A stretch of DNA of 64,000 bases, from the NCBI GenBank assembly GCA_044070495.1, contig JBIPSI010000002.1:160001-224000 (forward strand), read 5' to 3'. The notes under the pieces were generated by a model. The model made no database searches. It saw only the letters and a list, made by a program, of their open reading frames with translations, and was not told the origin of the DNA. This DNA is from Spirulina sp. (GTDB lineage Bacteria; Cyanobacteriota; Cyanobacteriia; Phormidesmidales; Phormidesmidaceae). A program made the position numbers and the translations under genes. Shown piece after piece: positions 8,669 through 18,631 of this stretch (the stretch's first letter is position 1; each line of letters opens with the position of its first letter).

Positions 8669-9124
8669 CTATGGGTTGTCAGAGGCTGGGAAAAAGTCAG
8701 AATTGAGCAGATCCTTCAAATTATAGGGACATTCTGAGGGAAACCTATCTAGAGTCATCTGGGTTTCTTTTGCAGCATCTCGACGGGCGCGACGATAATA
8801 TTTTTCGACCCACTCTGAATTATTAAGAAATCGTTGTAGGCTAGAACTATCTTCTAAACAGTCCTGAATGGCATCACGGATATTAGAAATCGTCATTTTC
8901 CAACTCGTTGTTCTACATTCTGGCTGATATTGCCATTTGAGCAGGTGCATGATTAACATCTTTAGATAGCTGCCTAGCTCCTTCTGTTCGCTACGTCCCA
9001 AGTCCCCTAGTTCCTCAACTAGATTATCAATATCAATATTTTCCCACTGTCCTTGTTGTAGACAGACAATTTGATGCTCTGTCCACTCCAAAAAATCTTG
9101 ACTGTAGATGGTTTGCCTTACCAT
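8669..9124 (-). CDS. DUF29 domain protein
   Basis: YSQDFLEW, DIDNLVEELGDLGRSE, HLLKWQYQP, FPSECPY. Confidence 0.9.
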   Translation of the reverse strand: MVRQTIYSQDFLEWTEHQIVCLQQGQWENIDIDNLVEELGDLGRSEQKELGSYLKMLIMHLLKWQYQPECRTTSWKMTISNIRDAIQDCLEDSSSLQRFLNNSEWVEKYYRRARRDAAKETQMTLDRFPSECPYNLKDLLNSDFFPASDNP

Positions 9125-9141
9125 AAGACGGCTATCCTAAC

Positions 9142-9738
9142 TCACCAAATCAGCGACAAATCCAACACAAATCCTGGCAAAACCTCACCACCCGATAGCG
9201 TGGTTGGTGCCGTCAAAATTTCCACAGCTTGGCCAGGGCGATAGATCTCAATCTGTTGCAGCTTGCGGTTAATGAGCCAGCCAAGCTGAGTTCCATTTTC
9301 CAGGTATTCCAGCATTTTTTTGCGAGTACGATCCAGGGAATCGCTAGGCGACATCAACTCAACCACAAAATCTGGACACAGGGGCACAAACTGGTCTTGC
9401 TGCTCTGGGGTGAGGGCTTGCCAACGATCCTTCCGAACCCAGGCGGCATCGGGGGATCGGTCGGCCCCATTAGGCAGCGTAAACCCAGTGGATGAATCAA
9501 ACACCTCCCCCAGTTGGGTGCGGGTATTCCAGAGATCGAGCTGGGTGGTGAGCTTAACATTACGCTTGCCCGTATTGCCCCCGGTTGGCGACATAATGAT
9601 GAGCTCCCCAGTGGCAGTGCGTTCAAATTTTAGGTCGCGATGGTTTTGACAAAGCTGAAAAAACTGGTCGTCGGTTAGATCTAAATCTAGGATTAAGGGC
9701 GTGGGCAAGGGCGAAGATAGGTTCGTAGGAGAGGCCAT
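9142..9738 (-). CDS. Uma2 family endonuclease
   Basis: GELIIMSPTG, FDSSTGFTLPNGADRSPDAAW, CPDFVVELMSPSD. Confidence 0.92.
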   Translation of the reverse strand: MASPTNLSSPLPTPLILDLDLTDDQFFQLCQNHRDLKFERTATGELIIMSPTGGNTGKRNVKLTTQLDLWNTRTQLGEVFDSSTGFTLPNGADRSPDAAWVRKDRWQALTPEQQDQFVPLCPDFVVELMSPSDSLDRTRKKMLEYLENGTQLGWLINRKLQQIEIYRPGQAVEILTAPTTLSGGEVLPGFVLDLSLIW

Positions 9739-10397
9739 TAGTTGATCTCCTCAAGATATTGCTCAAACTCGCGCAGGGCCACGCTAGACCCCGCCACCCA
9801 GGCGCGTTCCACATACTGGGGCAACAGCGTTGCAACCTCCACCGTGGGAAAGGTGGAGCTGGTGGATAAACGGTCGTAACCAGTGGCGGTTAACCCATAG
9901 ATAAGAAGTTGGCCCTGGCGATAGATCCAAACCTCTGGCACCCGCAAAAGTTCGTAAACCGATAGATCGGTGTAGGATGTCCAGTCCATTTCAATCACCA
10001 GATCAGGGGGCGGATCTTGGCTGAGATCAATACGATCCTTTCCTAAAACAGCCTGCCAATTCTGAATATAAAAACAGGCATCCGGTTCAGCCCCAGCTTC
10101 GTCCATTTGCTTGAGGGTGATGGGGTGAGAACTATCCCAATTCCGACCCTGGTGCCGCAGAAGCGCCTTGACCAAATCCACCAGGGTATCAATGCGTCTA
10201 CCGTGGGCGGGAAGGGGAGCCATGATCCGTAGTTCTTGGGTGTGGGCGTTGAAGCGAATTTTGATGGCGGCATTTTCGCGGCGGCTGGTCAGCAGGGCTT
10301 CGTAGTCGGCCCAGGTTTGGTCGCTGAGGGTCACGCTGCTCCCGGCAGGCAGTTGAATGTGGTCGCGGCTAACGGACAAAACCATGGGAGAGGCCAT
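9738..10397 (-). CDS. Uma2 family endonuclease
   Basis: IMAPLPAH, EPDACFYI, PPPDLVIEMD, VPEVWIY. Confidence 0.9.
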   Translation of the reverse strand: MASPMVLSVSRDHIQLPAGSSVTLSDQTWADYEALLTSRRENAAIKIRFNAHTQELRIMAPLPAHGRRIDTLVDLVKALLRHQGRNWDSSHPITLKQMDEAGAEPDACFYIQNWQAVLGKDRIDLSQDPPPDLVIEMDWTSYTDLSVYELLRVPEVWIYRQGQLLIYGLTATGYDRLSTSSTFPTVEVATLLPQYVERAWVAGSSVALREFEQYLEEIN

Positions 10398-10445
10398 TGC
10401 TATTACTCCATGGAGACTTGGGGAAGATTTATCTATGATGCCCCA

Positions 10446-11243
10446 TCACACTTCATCGGGGTTGATGCCCAATGCTCGCAGGCGTTCGGCTAGGCGATTA
10501 GCCCGCTGTTCGGCCTGGGTGGCCTGTTCTGCAGCTTGTTCTGCCCGTTCTTCAGCCTGCTCCGCCCGTTCTGCGGCAGAAAGAATGAGTTGTCCATCGG
10601 CATCAAACCACCGCAGCCAGAGGCGTTCGATACCTTCATAGGTGCCCTGCCAAACCCCCAGGCTAAGCTGCCATTCTGGAATGGAAATGCGTTGATCGGT
10701 GATCTCCATCGGTTGATAATGGCCACCTACCAGACGAAAGGCCCGGAGCTGGTTGGTGTAGCGGTCAAAGATTACGTAGTAGGGAATCCGCAGAATTTGT
10801 TCGTAGACTTCCCACTTGGTCGGTGGCTGGCCCGCAATCCTGGACGTTTGGCCCAGGTCTTCTTTTTCGGTGCCAGGAGACAGTAGCTCCACCACCACGA
10901 AGGGATTTACCCGCTCTTGCCAGACCACATAGCTCAGCCGCATATCGCGGTTTTCGTAGAGCCGGGGCACCCCCACCACCGCAAACCAATCGGGCCGCTT
11001 GTGCCACAGGGGATGATCGACATCGTAGTAGAGGTTCATATCCCCAACGCTGAAGACCTCATTTTCGGCCACGGTGGCGAGGTGCAGCGTGGCACTGAGC
11101 AAATGGGGCTGGAGGTAATGATACTCGTCGGGCAATCCTGGCTCCTCTGGGTCTTCGCTCGGCAGGTCATACATGGTGGGCAAGGTTTCCCTGGCCGACC
11201 GGGGCGGGTCTGTCTGTTCTACAGGGCGCTTGAGTTCTGGCAT
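10446..11243 (-). CDS. Uma2 family endonuclease
   Basis: LPTMYDLPSEDPEEPGLPDEYH, RPDWFAV, VVELLSPGT; start placed at ATG 11243 because further upstream is repeat DNA. Confidence 0.9.
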   Translation of the reverse strand: MPELKRPVEQTDPPRSARETLPTMYDLPSEDPEEPGLPDEYHYLQPHLLSATLHLATVAENEVFSVGDMNLYYDVDHPLWHKRPDWFAVVGVPRLYENRDMRLSYVVWQERVNPFVVVELLSPGTEKEDLGQTSRIAGQPPTKWEVYEQILRIPYYVIFDRYTNQLRAFRLVGGHYQPMEITDQRISIPEWQLSLGVWQGTYEGIERLWLRWFDADGQLILSAAERAEQAEERAEQAAEQATQAEQRANRLAERLRALGINPDEV

Positions 11244-11288
11244 GGTGGTTAACATCCTCCACAAAAACTGTCCCGGTATCCTGACCTT

Positions 11289-11553
11289 GGCCCTCACCCC
11301 TGCCCCTCTTCCCACGGGCGAGGGGTTCTGAATCTAGCTCCCCTTCTCCCTCCTGGCTACTGTGTACACATAAGTCCTTAACGTAGACGATACAGGGAAT
11401 CGATCCCCCCTAGCCCCCCTTAAAAAGGGGAGATCGGAGTCAAAGTCCCCCTTTTTAAGGGGGATTTAGGGGGATCTCCAAGGACTTGCGGCATGAGATC
11501 AAGATGTGTGTACTTAGTAGCTCCCTCCTGGGAGAGGGGTTGGGGGTAAGGGC
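11289..11553. repeat. Double-hairpin CCCTCACCCC repeat element hosting a MITE in its second hairpin
   Basis: ggccctcacccctgcccctcttcccacgggcgagggg ... ggagaggggttgggggtaagggcc. Confidence 0.7.
11356..11521. mobile_element. MITE (166 bp) with 15-bp TIR and 9-bp target duplication
   Basis: GCTACTGTGTACACA ... TGTGTACTTAGTAGC (13/15); TCCCTCCTG at 11347-11355 and 11522-11530; related copy at 19974. Confidence 0.85.
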
Positions 11554-11585
11554 CAAACTTGCTTGCTAGATCATCTGCCATCGCC

Positions 11586-14102
11586 TTACCCCCTCGCCCG
11601 CCTAGGCCGGACTCTGCGACCCTTGATATCCGTTATTTTTTCCGGTGGATTGTCCTGCTCTGATTCTGACTCATCAAACAGGCGTTCGGTGAGGCGGGTG
11701 AGCAACACTTCCCGCAGTTGGGGGTCGGGGAAGCGCTGAAGAATCTCGTCAATGGAAGGATCGACCTTGGCCTGGTGCTCGTCGCTGGCCCACACCATTT
11801 TGTTGATCTCGCTGCCGTCGGGACGGGTAACGGTGAGGCGGCGGGCCTCGAATCCGCCGTTGTTGTTGGCCTTCACCGAGGCTTGCAGAGCTTCTAGGTT
11901 TTTAAAACGGCGGGAAAGATCGCTGAGGTTTAGCTCAAAGCGGGTCACGTCCTCATCCGTCCAAGATTCGGCGGGTTTGTCGGCAATCACCATGATCACC
12001 GCCTCTAGCCACGGGCGATCCGCCACCGCCTCATCCGCCGCCGCCCTGGCGAAACGGTTGAGGCTGGCCTCCACGCAGTTGCCCAACACTCGGCTGGCCC
12101 GAAACTGAAGGTCTTGGCGCAGTTGGGTGCGGTCGTGATGGACGCCAAAGGCACTGTAGAGCAGGTCTTGGCACTCCGAGAGCAGGGCATCGTAGGCCCC
12201 ATTGATCTCGCGCAGGGCTTCGACCAAACGTTCCCGGTAGGTGCGGGCGGTGGTGCCATCATCGGCCTCGGACACCACAATCGGCGCTAGGCCGCAAGCC
12301 TGGGGCAGGGCGTTAAACAGCAAATCATCCGGCTCCTGGGTAGAGCGCAGGGTTTGCAGCACGGCGCGGGAGGACTCACTCATGCGGCGGGTTTTAAGGG
12401 TGAAGTTGGGCAGCTTGCGAACAAACTGAATCAGCGGCTTCACCACTGACAACACCGTTAGGTTGCGGGTCTTGGCCCGACGGTTCGGCTGACCTGAGCC
12501 ACCCCGCAAAATAGCCTCCAGTTCCCGGAAGACCTGGCTCCTCACCCCGGTCACATCGATGTGCTTCACCGCAAATCGGGCTGGATCTTTGACCAGTAGC
12601 TCAAAATGTTCTGGCCCCAGCACCGGAATAAAGGTGCCCTCTTTGTAGACGCTGACCTCGTCGCTGTAGTGGAGCAGCACCGCCGCTAGCAGCACCGGAA
12701 TGGTGCCCGACTTCATGCCGTAGGGTGGGGCATTCAGGGTTTGGTACAAGTCCCCCAGGGAGCGGGGGGTATCGGTGGTGCTGAGGCAGAATTCGGCCAT
12801 CGCTGTCCAAATGGTGCCCAGGTTTGATTGGCCGAGGGTGGCCCTCACCTTCAAGTCTTGGCCCTCATCCCCCCAGCCCCCTTCTCCCACCTTGGGAGAA
12901 GGGGGAGCCGGATTCTCTTGACTCCCCTCTCCCCGTGGGAGAGGGGCCGGGGGTGAGGGCTCCGGCGGATGAAAGCCCCATTCGCCCTGAGCTTGGCGAT
13001 GAATTCCGGTCTGCTGAAGCACGGAAAAGTACATGGCCACCTCTGGGCCGTAGCCTTCTAGATTTAGCCGCTCAGCGTCGGGGTTCTCCAGCATCGCTTC
13101 GATCAAGATGCGGCGGGCCTTTGCGCCCTGGGTGGTGAGGGTGCGGCGGTTGATCAGCTCATTCCACAGGATGGGGGTTTGGGGGTAGGTGCGGTCGCAC
13201 ACCGCCGACAGCAAGGCATTGAAGTCGGTAACGCTACCGATATCCTGGGGCTGGCCCTCCACCCAACAGGCATTGTGGTGGGTGGCAAAGTTAAAGGCTT
13301 GGGCCAGGGTGTCGTCGAGCAGTTGCTTAAGCTGAAGGCGGCGGTGGCGCACTTCTCGCAGGGCCACTTTGTCGCTTTGCAGAGCGCTTTCGCGGCTGTG
13401 GATTTGACAGAGGGCGCGGTACTCCTGGGCGCGAATCGCCAACAGGGGCAGGTTGGCCGCCGCAATCACCACTAGGGGTTTTCCGTCCACGGTATGGGCG
13501 GGGACGGGGCTGGGGGGCGCATCGCTGAGCCAGTAGACCACCACGCCATCGCAATCGGCCTGGGTGCAGGATAGGGTTTCTAAGTCGCTGGTGGTCGCCA
13601 GGTAGTGACGCTCGAAGTAGCGTAGGGTGCCCGTGCGGTAGCTGTGGCGCTGGGCCACCAGGGGCTTGAGGGGGTAGGTTTCGCTCAGCAGGTCGGCCAG
13701 GGGCAGCGTGTCTTTAGCGATGTAGTCGCTGATCGCCCCTTCCACATCAAAATCCGACCCTTCCCACAGGCGCAGTTCATCCACCGCCCGCCGATAGGTG
13801 ACAATGCCCTGCTGATGGGTGACGCGGTTGATCTGGGCTTCCCAGTGATCCAGGGCATCGGGGTCGGGGGCATCCACTAGGGCCAACTTCACCAGGGGCA
13901 GGGTAGCGCGAAACAGACCCGTGCTGGTGACAAGGTTCAGCAGGCCAATGGTTTTCAGCAGAGCCACGGTGTCGGCCCCCCGGTGCTGGGCATCGGCCAC
14001 CAGGGTTTGGATCTCTAGCCACCGCTGAAGACCGGGCCGCGACCCCATCCCAGCTCCGAGGGATTCCACAAAGTAGTCGTAGAGGTGGTGCAGTTTGAGG
14101 GT
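11586..14102 (-). pseudogene. SspC-like large ATPase-family gene, C-terminal ~838 codons (P-loop region missing)
   Basis: TLKLHHLYDYF, LLKTIGLLN, LWEGSDFD, RHSYRTGTLRYF, NELINRRTLT..GAKARR, GYGPE, APPYGMKSG; downstream of DUF4007; no Walker A in the ORF; composition shift near 14100. Confidence 0.72.
12861..12960. repeat. Double-hairpin repeat inserted in frame in the sspC-like gene
   Basis: Encodes PSPPAPLPRGEG..PPSPKVGEGGWGDEG. Confidence 0.85.
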
Positions 14103-14171
14103 TACGAATCTTCTTGAGGATGCCTGCGATATTTCAAGGGTTTCAGGCCCTTCAAACTCGCAATAGGGCAA

Positions 14172-14522
14172 TTAATCTAGGTACCCTTTGTTGTACAAGA
14201 GGCTACAGACCTGACTACAGTAGATCTGTATTTCCACATAATTGGCATTTTGAACAAGTTGTTCATCTTGGAGGCTATCTACTCCAGGAAGTTCAGGGGG
14301 CCATAGCAATTCTAAGGCTTCTTCTTCTTCTTCTTCAATCTCCTGGACTAACTGCTTAGCTTGTCTCAGTAAAATATTGTAGCGCTTGCAGAAGTGAGCA
14401 GAAGGATCTTTCTTAATCAGTTCTTTTTTCCCAAGGCCAGTAGCATTAACAAAAGTACGCTTAGTCTCTGCAAACATACGTTCTATGTGCCTCAATTGCT
14501 CTAGTTTCTTTGCTTTCTCCAT
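14172..14522 (-). CDS. Hypothetical protein (AT-rich insert within sspC)
   Basis: 116-aa ORF, no recognised motif. Confidence 0.5.
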   Translation of the reverse strand: MEKAKKLEQLRHIERMFAETKRTFVNATGLGKKELIKKDPSAHFCKRYNILLRQAKQLVQEIEEEEEEALELLWPPELPGVDSLQDEQLVQNANYVEIQIYCSQVCSLLYNKGYLD

Positions 14523-14764
14523 TGTTTAGTCAATCTCACTTTTTCATTTCTTTTTGAACAAATACCTCTAGGGATAATCCCAACAAATCAGTTAAGTCTG
14601 GGGATATATGTTGTCTTTCATTATCAATAAATCAATTGGATATGTATCAACAATCTAGATATTTGTCTTGAGAAGCGCTTAGATCCCTCATTTTTTATTG
14701 GCCAAAACGCTGCGCTAAAGGTCTGACATTCACATTTTACCGTTGCTCATCAAAAACTGTCCAA

Positions 14765-15155
14765 CGCAGATTCAAATCTGAAGTGCAACACTCTGTCTCA
14801 GAGCCGCTGTCAGCCTCGCAGTCATGACCACAACCAGGAACACGGTACAGCGCAGCACAGTAGGCTATAGGTCTCCTTCATAGGCTTAGTATTAACCTGA
14901 GTTCGGGATAAGCCAAAGGCTTCAATCGCTAGAAAACCGCGTTTGGCAACGACGTTGGCCCTCACCCTAAATCCCTCTCCCACAGGGAGAGGGACTTTGA
15001 AACTCTAGCTCCCCCTCTCCCTGTGGGAGAGGGGGCTGGGGGGTGAGGGCTTCCGGGGCATCGGGCCACTGAGCTTAACCCGAACTGAGGTTAGTATTAG
15101 ATCCATGGCTGCAAGCGGATTTGAGCAGGTGTTGCACTTCAACCTTGAATTGGCC
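14765..15155. mobile_element. Non-autonomous element with IS30-like ends
   Basis: 26-bp imperfect TIRs CGCAGATTCAAATCTGAAGTGCAACA (14765-14790) and GGCCAATTCAAGGTTGAAGTGCAACA (reverse complement of 15130-15155); CAA duplicated at 14762-14764 and 15156-15158; resembles the IS30 end pattern ATTCAA...GCAACA. Confidence 0.75.
14894..15092. mobile_element. MITE (199 bp) nested in the IS30-like element
   Basis: AACCTGAGTTCGGGATAAGC ... GCTTAACCCGAACTGAGGTT (18/20); AGTATT at 14888-14893 and 15093-15098; contains a double-hairpin repeat at 14958-15050. Confidence 0.85.
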
Positions 15156-15330
15156 CAAAGTATTGGGATATTTTACTCGTGGTTTACCCTATGGCACCTC
15201 GAAAAATACAAATCTTATTGAGAATAAGTCTGGCCGTCCAATGGCTCAGACTCTTCAGGTTTATAATAAGACAATTAATCGATTTTTCCCATATTGGGTT
15301 CTCCTTTAACCTGCAACCATTTGTCAGCGA

Positions 15331-15390
15331 TCACCTGAGCACAAAACGGCGATTCACCGCCAAACAATCGGCTAAACGTTGGGAACTCAC
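15331..15390 (-). pseudogene. Probable 5' stub of the sspC-like gene
   Basis: GTG 7 nt after the DUF4007 stop: (M)SSQRLADCLAVNRRF then VLR*; matches my recollection of family N-termini (..NRR[FY]xRSxNLERD) up to the break. Confidence 0.55.
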
Positions 15391-15397
15391 TGACCTA

Positions 15398-16309
15398 TCA
15401 ACCCGCAAAATACTTGTTCAGAATAGCCTCAGACATGGTTAGCGGATCGCCTTCGTACTGAAGCTGTAGCAATCCGGCACTGTCTGAAATAAACAGATCT
15501 TCCCGGCGGCGGGCCACCTGTTCGATGGCTTCGGCAATGGCGGCTTCCGAGAGCTTAAACACCCGCCCCGGACTGCCCACCAAATGGGCCAAACGAGATA
15601 CCCCCATGGCCGAGCTTTCGTTTTCAGAAATTCCGGCAAATTCCAAACAGGCCGCCACCACGATTTCGGCGGGCAGGGTTTCCTTGGGGCCAACCTGAAA
15701 CTCGTAGCGCCGCCCATCTCCCACGCTGTAGAGCAGGCGCAGGGCGGTAAAGGGGCAATCAATGGAGTCTTCCGTCGGCCCTTTTTTGCTCTCCTGGTCG
15801 GCATACATTCGCAGAATGCAGCTTACGTCTTTGCGTAGGGAGGAGTCGGCAATGGAGCTACTAAAGCCGTTGGCATAGTCCCGTAGTTCATCGATTAGAT
15901 GCTCTGGGGTAAACTCTGCGGCCTGAAATTCCCCAAAGGCATAGGCCCAGGCCGTGGCGGTGCAGGGAGCCTTGAGCAAATTCCAGTGCAGCAGCCAGAG
16001 ACTCGCTGGGTTCTCTAGGAACGGATCCCAGCCGTCATCATCCAGCAGTTGTTGCCCCAGCCGCGTGGGCACAATCTGACCATCCTTCTCTGTCAAAACC
16101 TTAAAGGCGCTGCACCAGTAGCGAATAGAACGCACCATATTTTTACCCACGCCCAGCAAAACCGGGGCATCTTCGCGCAAGAAAATGTCGGGATCCGCTA
16201 GGGCGAGGTCATAGCCCTTTTTGAGCCAGCCAAAGCGGGGGTGGAAGGTCTCATGGCGGGCGAAGACCGCTGGAGCTTTGGGCTTTTCGGTAATGGCGGC
16301 TTTTGCCAT
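15398..16309 (-). CDS. DUF4007 family protein (SspB-like)
   Basis: FARHETFHPRFGWLKKG, LGVGKNMVRSIRYW, DPFLE..SLWLLHW, PGRVFKL. Confidence 0.92.
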   Translation of the reverse strand: MAKAAITEKPKAPAVFARHETFHPRFGWLKKGYDLALADPDIFLREDAPVLLGVGKNMVRSIRYWCSAFKVLTEKDGQIVPTRLGQQLLDDDGWDPFLENPASLWLLHWNLLKAPCTATAWAYAFGEFQAAEFTPEHLIDELRDYANGFSSSIADSSLRKDVSCILRMYADQESKKGPTEDSIDCPFTALRLLYSVGDGRRYEFQVGPKETLPAEIVVAACLEFAGISENESSAMGVSRLAHLVGSPGRVFKLSEAAIAEAIEQVARRREDLFISDSAGLLQLQYEGDPLTMSEAILNKYFAG

Positions 16310-16506
16310 GGCTAATAGATCAGATGTATTGCCTAATTATGACTTGTCTGAGGTGTTTTTTCAGTATTTCTCAGCTTGCTCGATGGACATCATCGGAAAT
16401 ACAGACACGCTACAGGCTGAGGTCGTCCTCTGTAAACCGTTGACTATCACCAGATTCGGTAGGATAGGAGCCATCAAGCGTCATTTATGGAGTTTGCCCA
16501 CAATCC

Positions 16507-18546
16507 ATGGCTAAGCTATCGACAGAGCCGCCAACTTACACAGAACTGTGTCAGATCAGTTCTGTGGGTAAGCGCCTGCCAGAAGCCCTCTATGTCCATG
16601 TTTCGGCGCTAACACACCTTGACCCTGCCCTACAGGCGGTGGAGAGAAGGGCGCGATCCAGCACTGCCATGGCGGAAAACGCAACCCTGGTCAAGTTCAG
16701 CCTCAACAAATCGCAAATTGCCTATCTGTTTTACCCAGACTTTGACAGCGAGGCTCACCCCGCCCTCCAGAGCAGCATTCAGATCAACCTAAACACCCTG
16801 AAAGCCACCAGCCGCAACTACAGCACCACCGACAATCCCCCCATTCTCCACCGCAAAGAGACCTTCGTTGCGCCCGACTATCCCCACTACGCCACCTTCG
16901 CCCACCTCACCCAGCAGCAAGTGGCGATGGGCCTGCTAGACAACTCCCGCGAAATCGGCACCCAGTTGAATTGGGAGCGCCGCCTTGCTGAGCAGGGCAT
17001 TGAAATCCATAACCACGCCCTCGCCTGCCCCCTCCCCGTAAGGGCGCACAGCGGTGCGCCCCAACCCAGAACTGCGCCCCAACCTGTCATCCCTAAAATT
17101 CAGCGGCATAAAGCAGCCATCGCCCGCGTCACCGCCTCCAAGCCCGTGCGTCTTGCCGTAGAAGCCGGACTTTTTCCGCCCGACACCACCTATTTCGACT
17201 ACGGCTGTGGCCACGGGGCCGACATAGAGTACATCCACCGCCTGGGCCTCACCAGTTCTGGCTGGGATCCCCACTTTCGTCCAGAGGTTCCCCACGCTTC
17301 CGCCGATGTGGTCAACCTGGGCTACGTCATCAACGTTATTGAAGATACTGCGGAGCGGCGGGAAGCGCTGATTAACGCCTGGAATCTGGCTCAAAAAGTG
17401 CTGATCGTAGCCGCCCAGGTGTTGATTGACGACCGCACCCGTGGGGTGATTGCCTACGGCGACGGCATCATCACCAGCCGCAACACCTTTCAGAAATATT
17501 ACGAGCAGGAAGAACTGAAAGCCTACATCGACCAGGTGCTAGGAGTCGATGCCATCCCTGTGGCCCTGGGCATTTACTTTGTGTTTCGCGACGAAGCCCA
17601 GGCCGAGACCTTCCGGGCCTCCCGGTTCCGCTCCCGCGCCACCGCCCCCCGCATTCGGCTCAAGGTCAGCAAGTTTGAGGAATACCGAGATCGCCTCCAA
17701 CCCTTAATGGATTTCTACACGGATCGCGGTCGCCTGCCCACGGTGGAGGAACTGGGCGCGGAAACCCTGGCCCCCCTCCAGGACACCTTTGGCAGCATCA
17801 AACGAGCCTTCACCGTCGTCCTGCAAGCCACCGATGCGGGGGAATGGGATGCCATCACCGACAAACGCCGCAACGATTTGTTGGTCTATCTTGCCCTCAG
17901 CCACTTCGGCAAACGCCCCAAGTTTAAAGACCTCTCACCCGACCTGCAGGCCGATATCAAAGCCCTCTTTGGCAACTATCAGCAAGCCTGCACCGCCGCC
18001 GACCTAATGCTGATGAGTCTGGGGCGACTGGAATTGATTGAAGAACGCTGTCGGCAAAGTCCGGTGGGTCAGCAGCGGCCCAATTCCCTGTGGGTGCATT
18101 TGTCGGCGTTGGATCAACTGGATCCCCTACTGCGCCTGTACGAAGGCTGTGCCTCCCGCACCCTGGGCCGTCCCGAAGAAGCCACGGTGGTCAAGTTCCA
18201 CGTCCAAAAGCCCCAGATTACCTACCTGGAGTTCTCCAACTTCGACAAAGACCCCCACCCAGCCCTCAAAACCAGCATGGCCATTTCCCTGCGCGATCTC
18301 CACGTTCGCTATCGCGATTACGACCAAGATAACCCGCCCCTGCTGCACCAAAAAGACCAAACTCTCTCCTCGGACTATCCCCACTACGCCAAGTTTGCCA
18401 AGCTCAGCCAGCAGGAACAAAAGTGGGGCTTGCTGGACGATGTGAAGGCCATTTTTGACCGTCGCGGCTGGGAGAAGTGTCTGTTAGACCATGGGGCCGA
18501 ACTGCGGGGGCATCGGGTGGTACGGCGCAAAGAATCAGATTTGTAG
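16507..18546 (+). CDS. DNA phosphorothioation-associated putative methyltransferase (TIGR04096-like)
   Basis: RHKAAIAR..SKPVRLA, FDYGCGHGAD, GWDP, VNLGYVINVIED, TFQKYYEQ; repeated GKRLPEALYVH..HPAL..NPPILHRKE domain at both termini. Confidence 0.88.
   Translation: MAKLSTEPPTYTELCQISSVGKRLPEALYVHVSALTHLDPALQAVERRARSSTAMAENATLVKFSLNKSQIAYLFYPDFDSEAHPALQSSIQINLNTLKATSRNYSTTDNPPILHRKETFVAPDYPHYATFAHLTQQQVAMGLLDNSREIGTQLNWERRLAEQGIEIHNHALACPLPVRAHSGAPQPRTAPQPVIPKIQRHKAAIARVTASKPVRLAVEAGLFPPDTTYFDYGCGHGADIEYIHRLGLTSSGWDPHFRPEVPHASADVVNLGYVINVIEDTAERREALINAWNLAQKVLIVAAQVLIDDRTRGVIAYGDGIITSRNTFQKYYEQEELKAYIDQVLGVDAIPVALGIYFVFRDEAQAETFRASRFRSRATAPRIRLKVSKFEEYRDRLQPLMDFYTDRGRLPTVEELGAETLAPLQDTFGSIKRAFTVVLQATDAGEWDAITDKRRNDLLVYLALSHFGKRPKFKDLSPDLQADIKALFGNYQQACTAADLMLMSLGRLELIEERCRQSPVGQQRPNSLWVHLSALDQLDPLLRLYEGCASRTLGRPEEATVVKFHVQKPQITYLEFSNFDKDPHPALKTSMAISLRDLHVRYRDYDQDNPPLLHQKDQTLSSDYPHYAKFAKLSQQEQKWGLLDDVKAIFDRRGWEKCLLDHGAELRGHRVVRRKESDL
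17036..17084. repeat. REP-like palindrome in frame in the methyltransferase linker
   Basis: ccgtaagggcgcacagcggtgcgccccaacccaga; near-identical to the recF copies. Confidence 0.75.
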
Positions 18547-18631
18547 GAAACGATGACCGCTCCTCGGCATTCTCGGTAAAAGCCTTAAACTAGACATAGC
18601 CGCTAACGGTGCCTCCTGACAAACCGCCTGA

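Noticed and set aside
11244..11315. Longer N-terminus of the Uma2 gene (MGRGAGVRA...)
   Set aside because: Translation of the palindromic repeat
14165..14174. TAATTGCCCT after a stop codon, matching junction copy C at 2932-2941
   Set aside because: Only 10 bp with no further similarity; chance cannot be excluded
14523..15320. Possible gene interrupted by the nested MITEs
   Set aside because: After removing the elements all three minus-strand frames still contain several stops; no recognisable product
11586..16309. Calling the locus BREX
   Set aside because: No pglZ, brxL or pglX-like gene is visible; DUF4007 plus a desulfurase fits Ssp better
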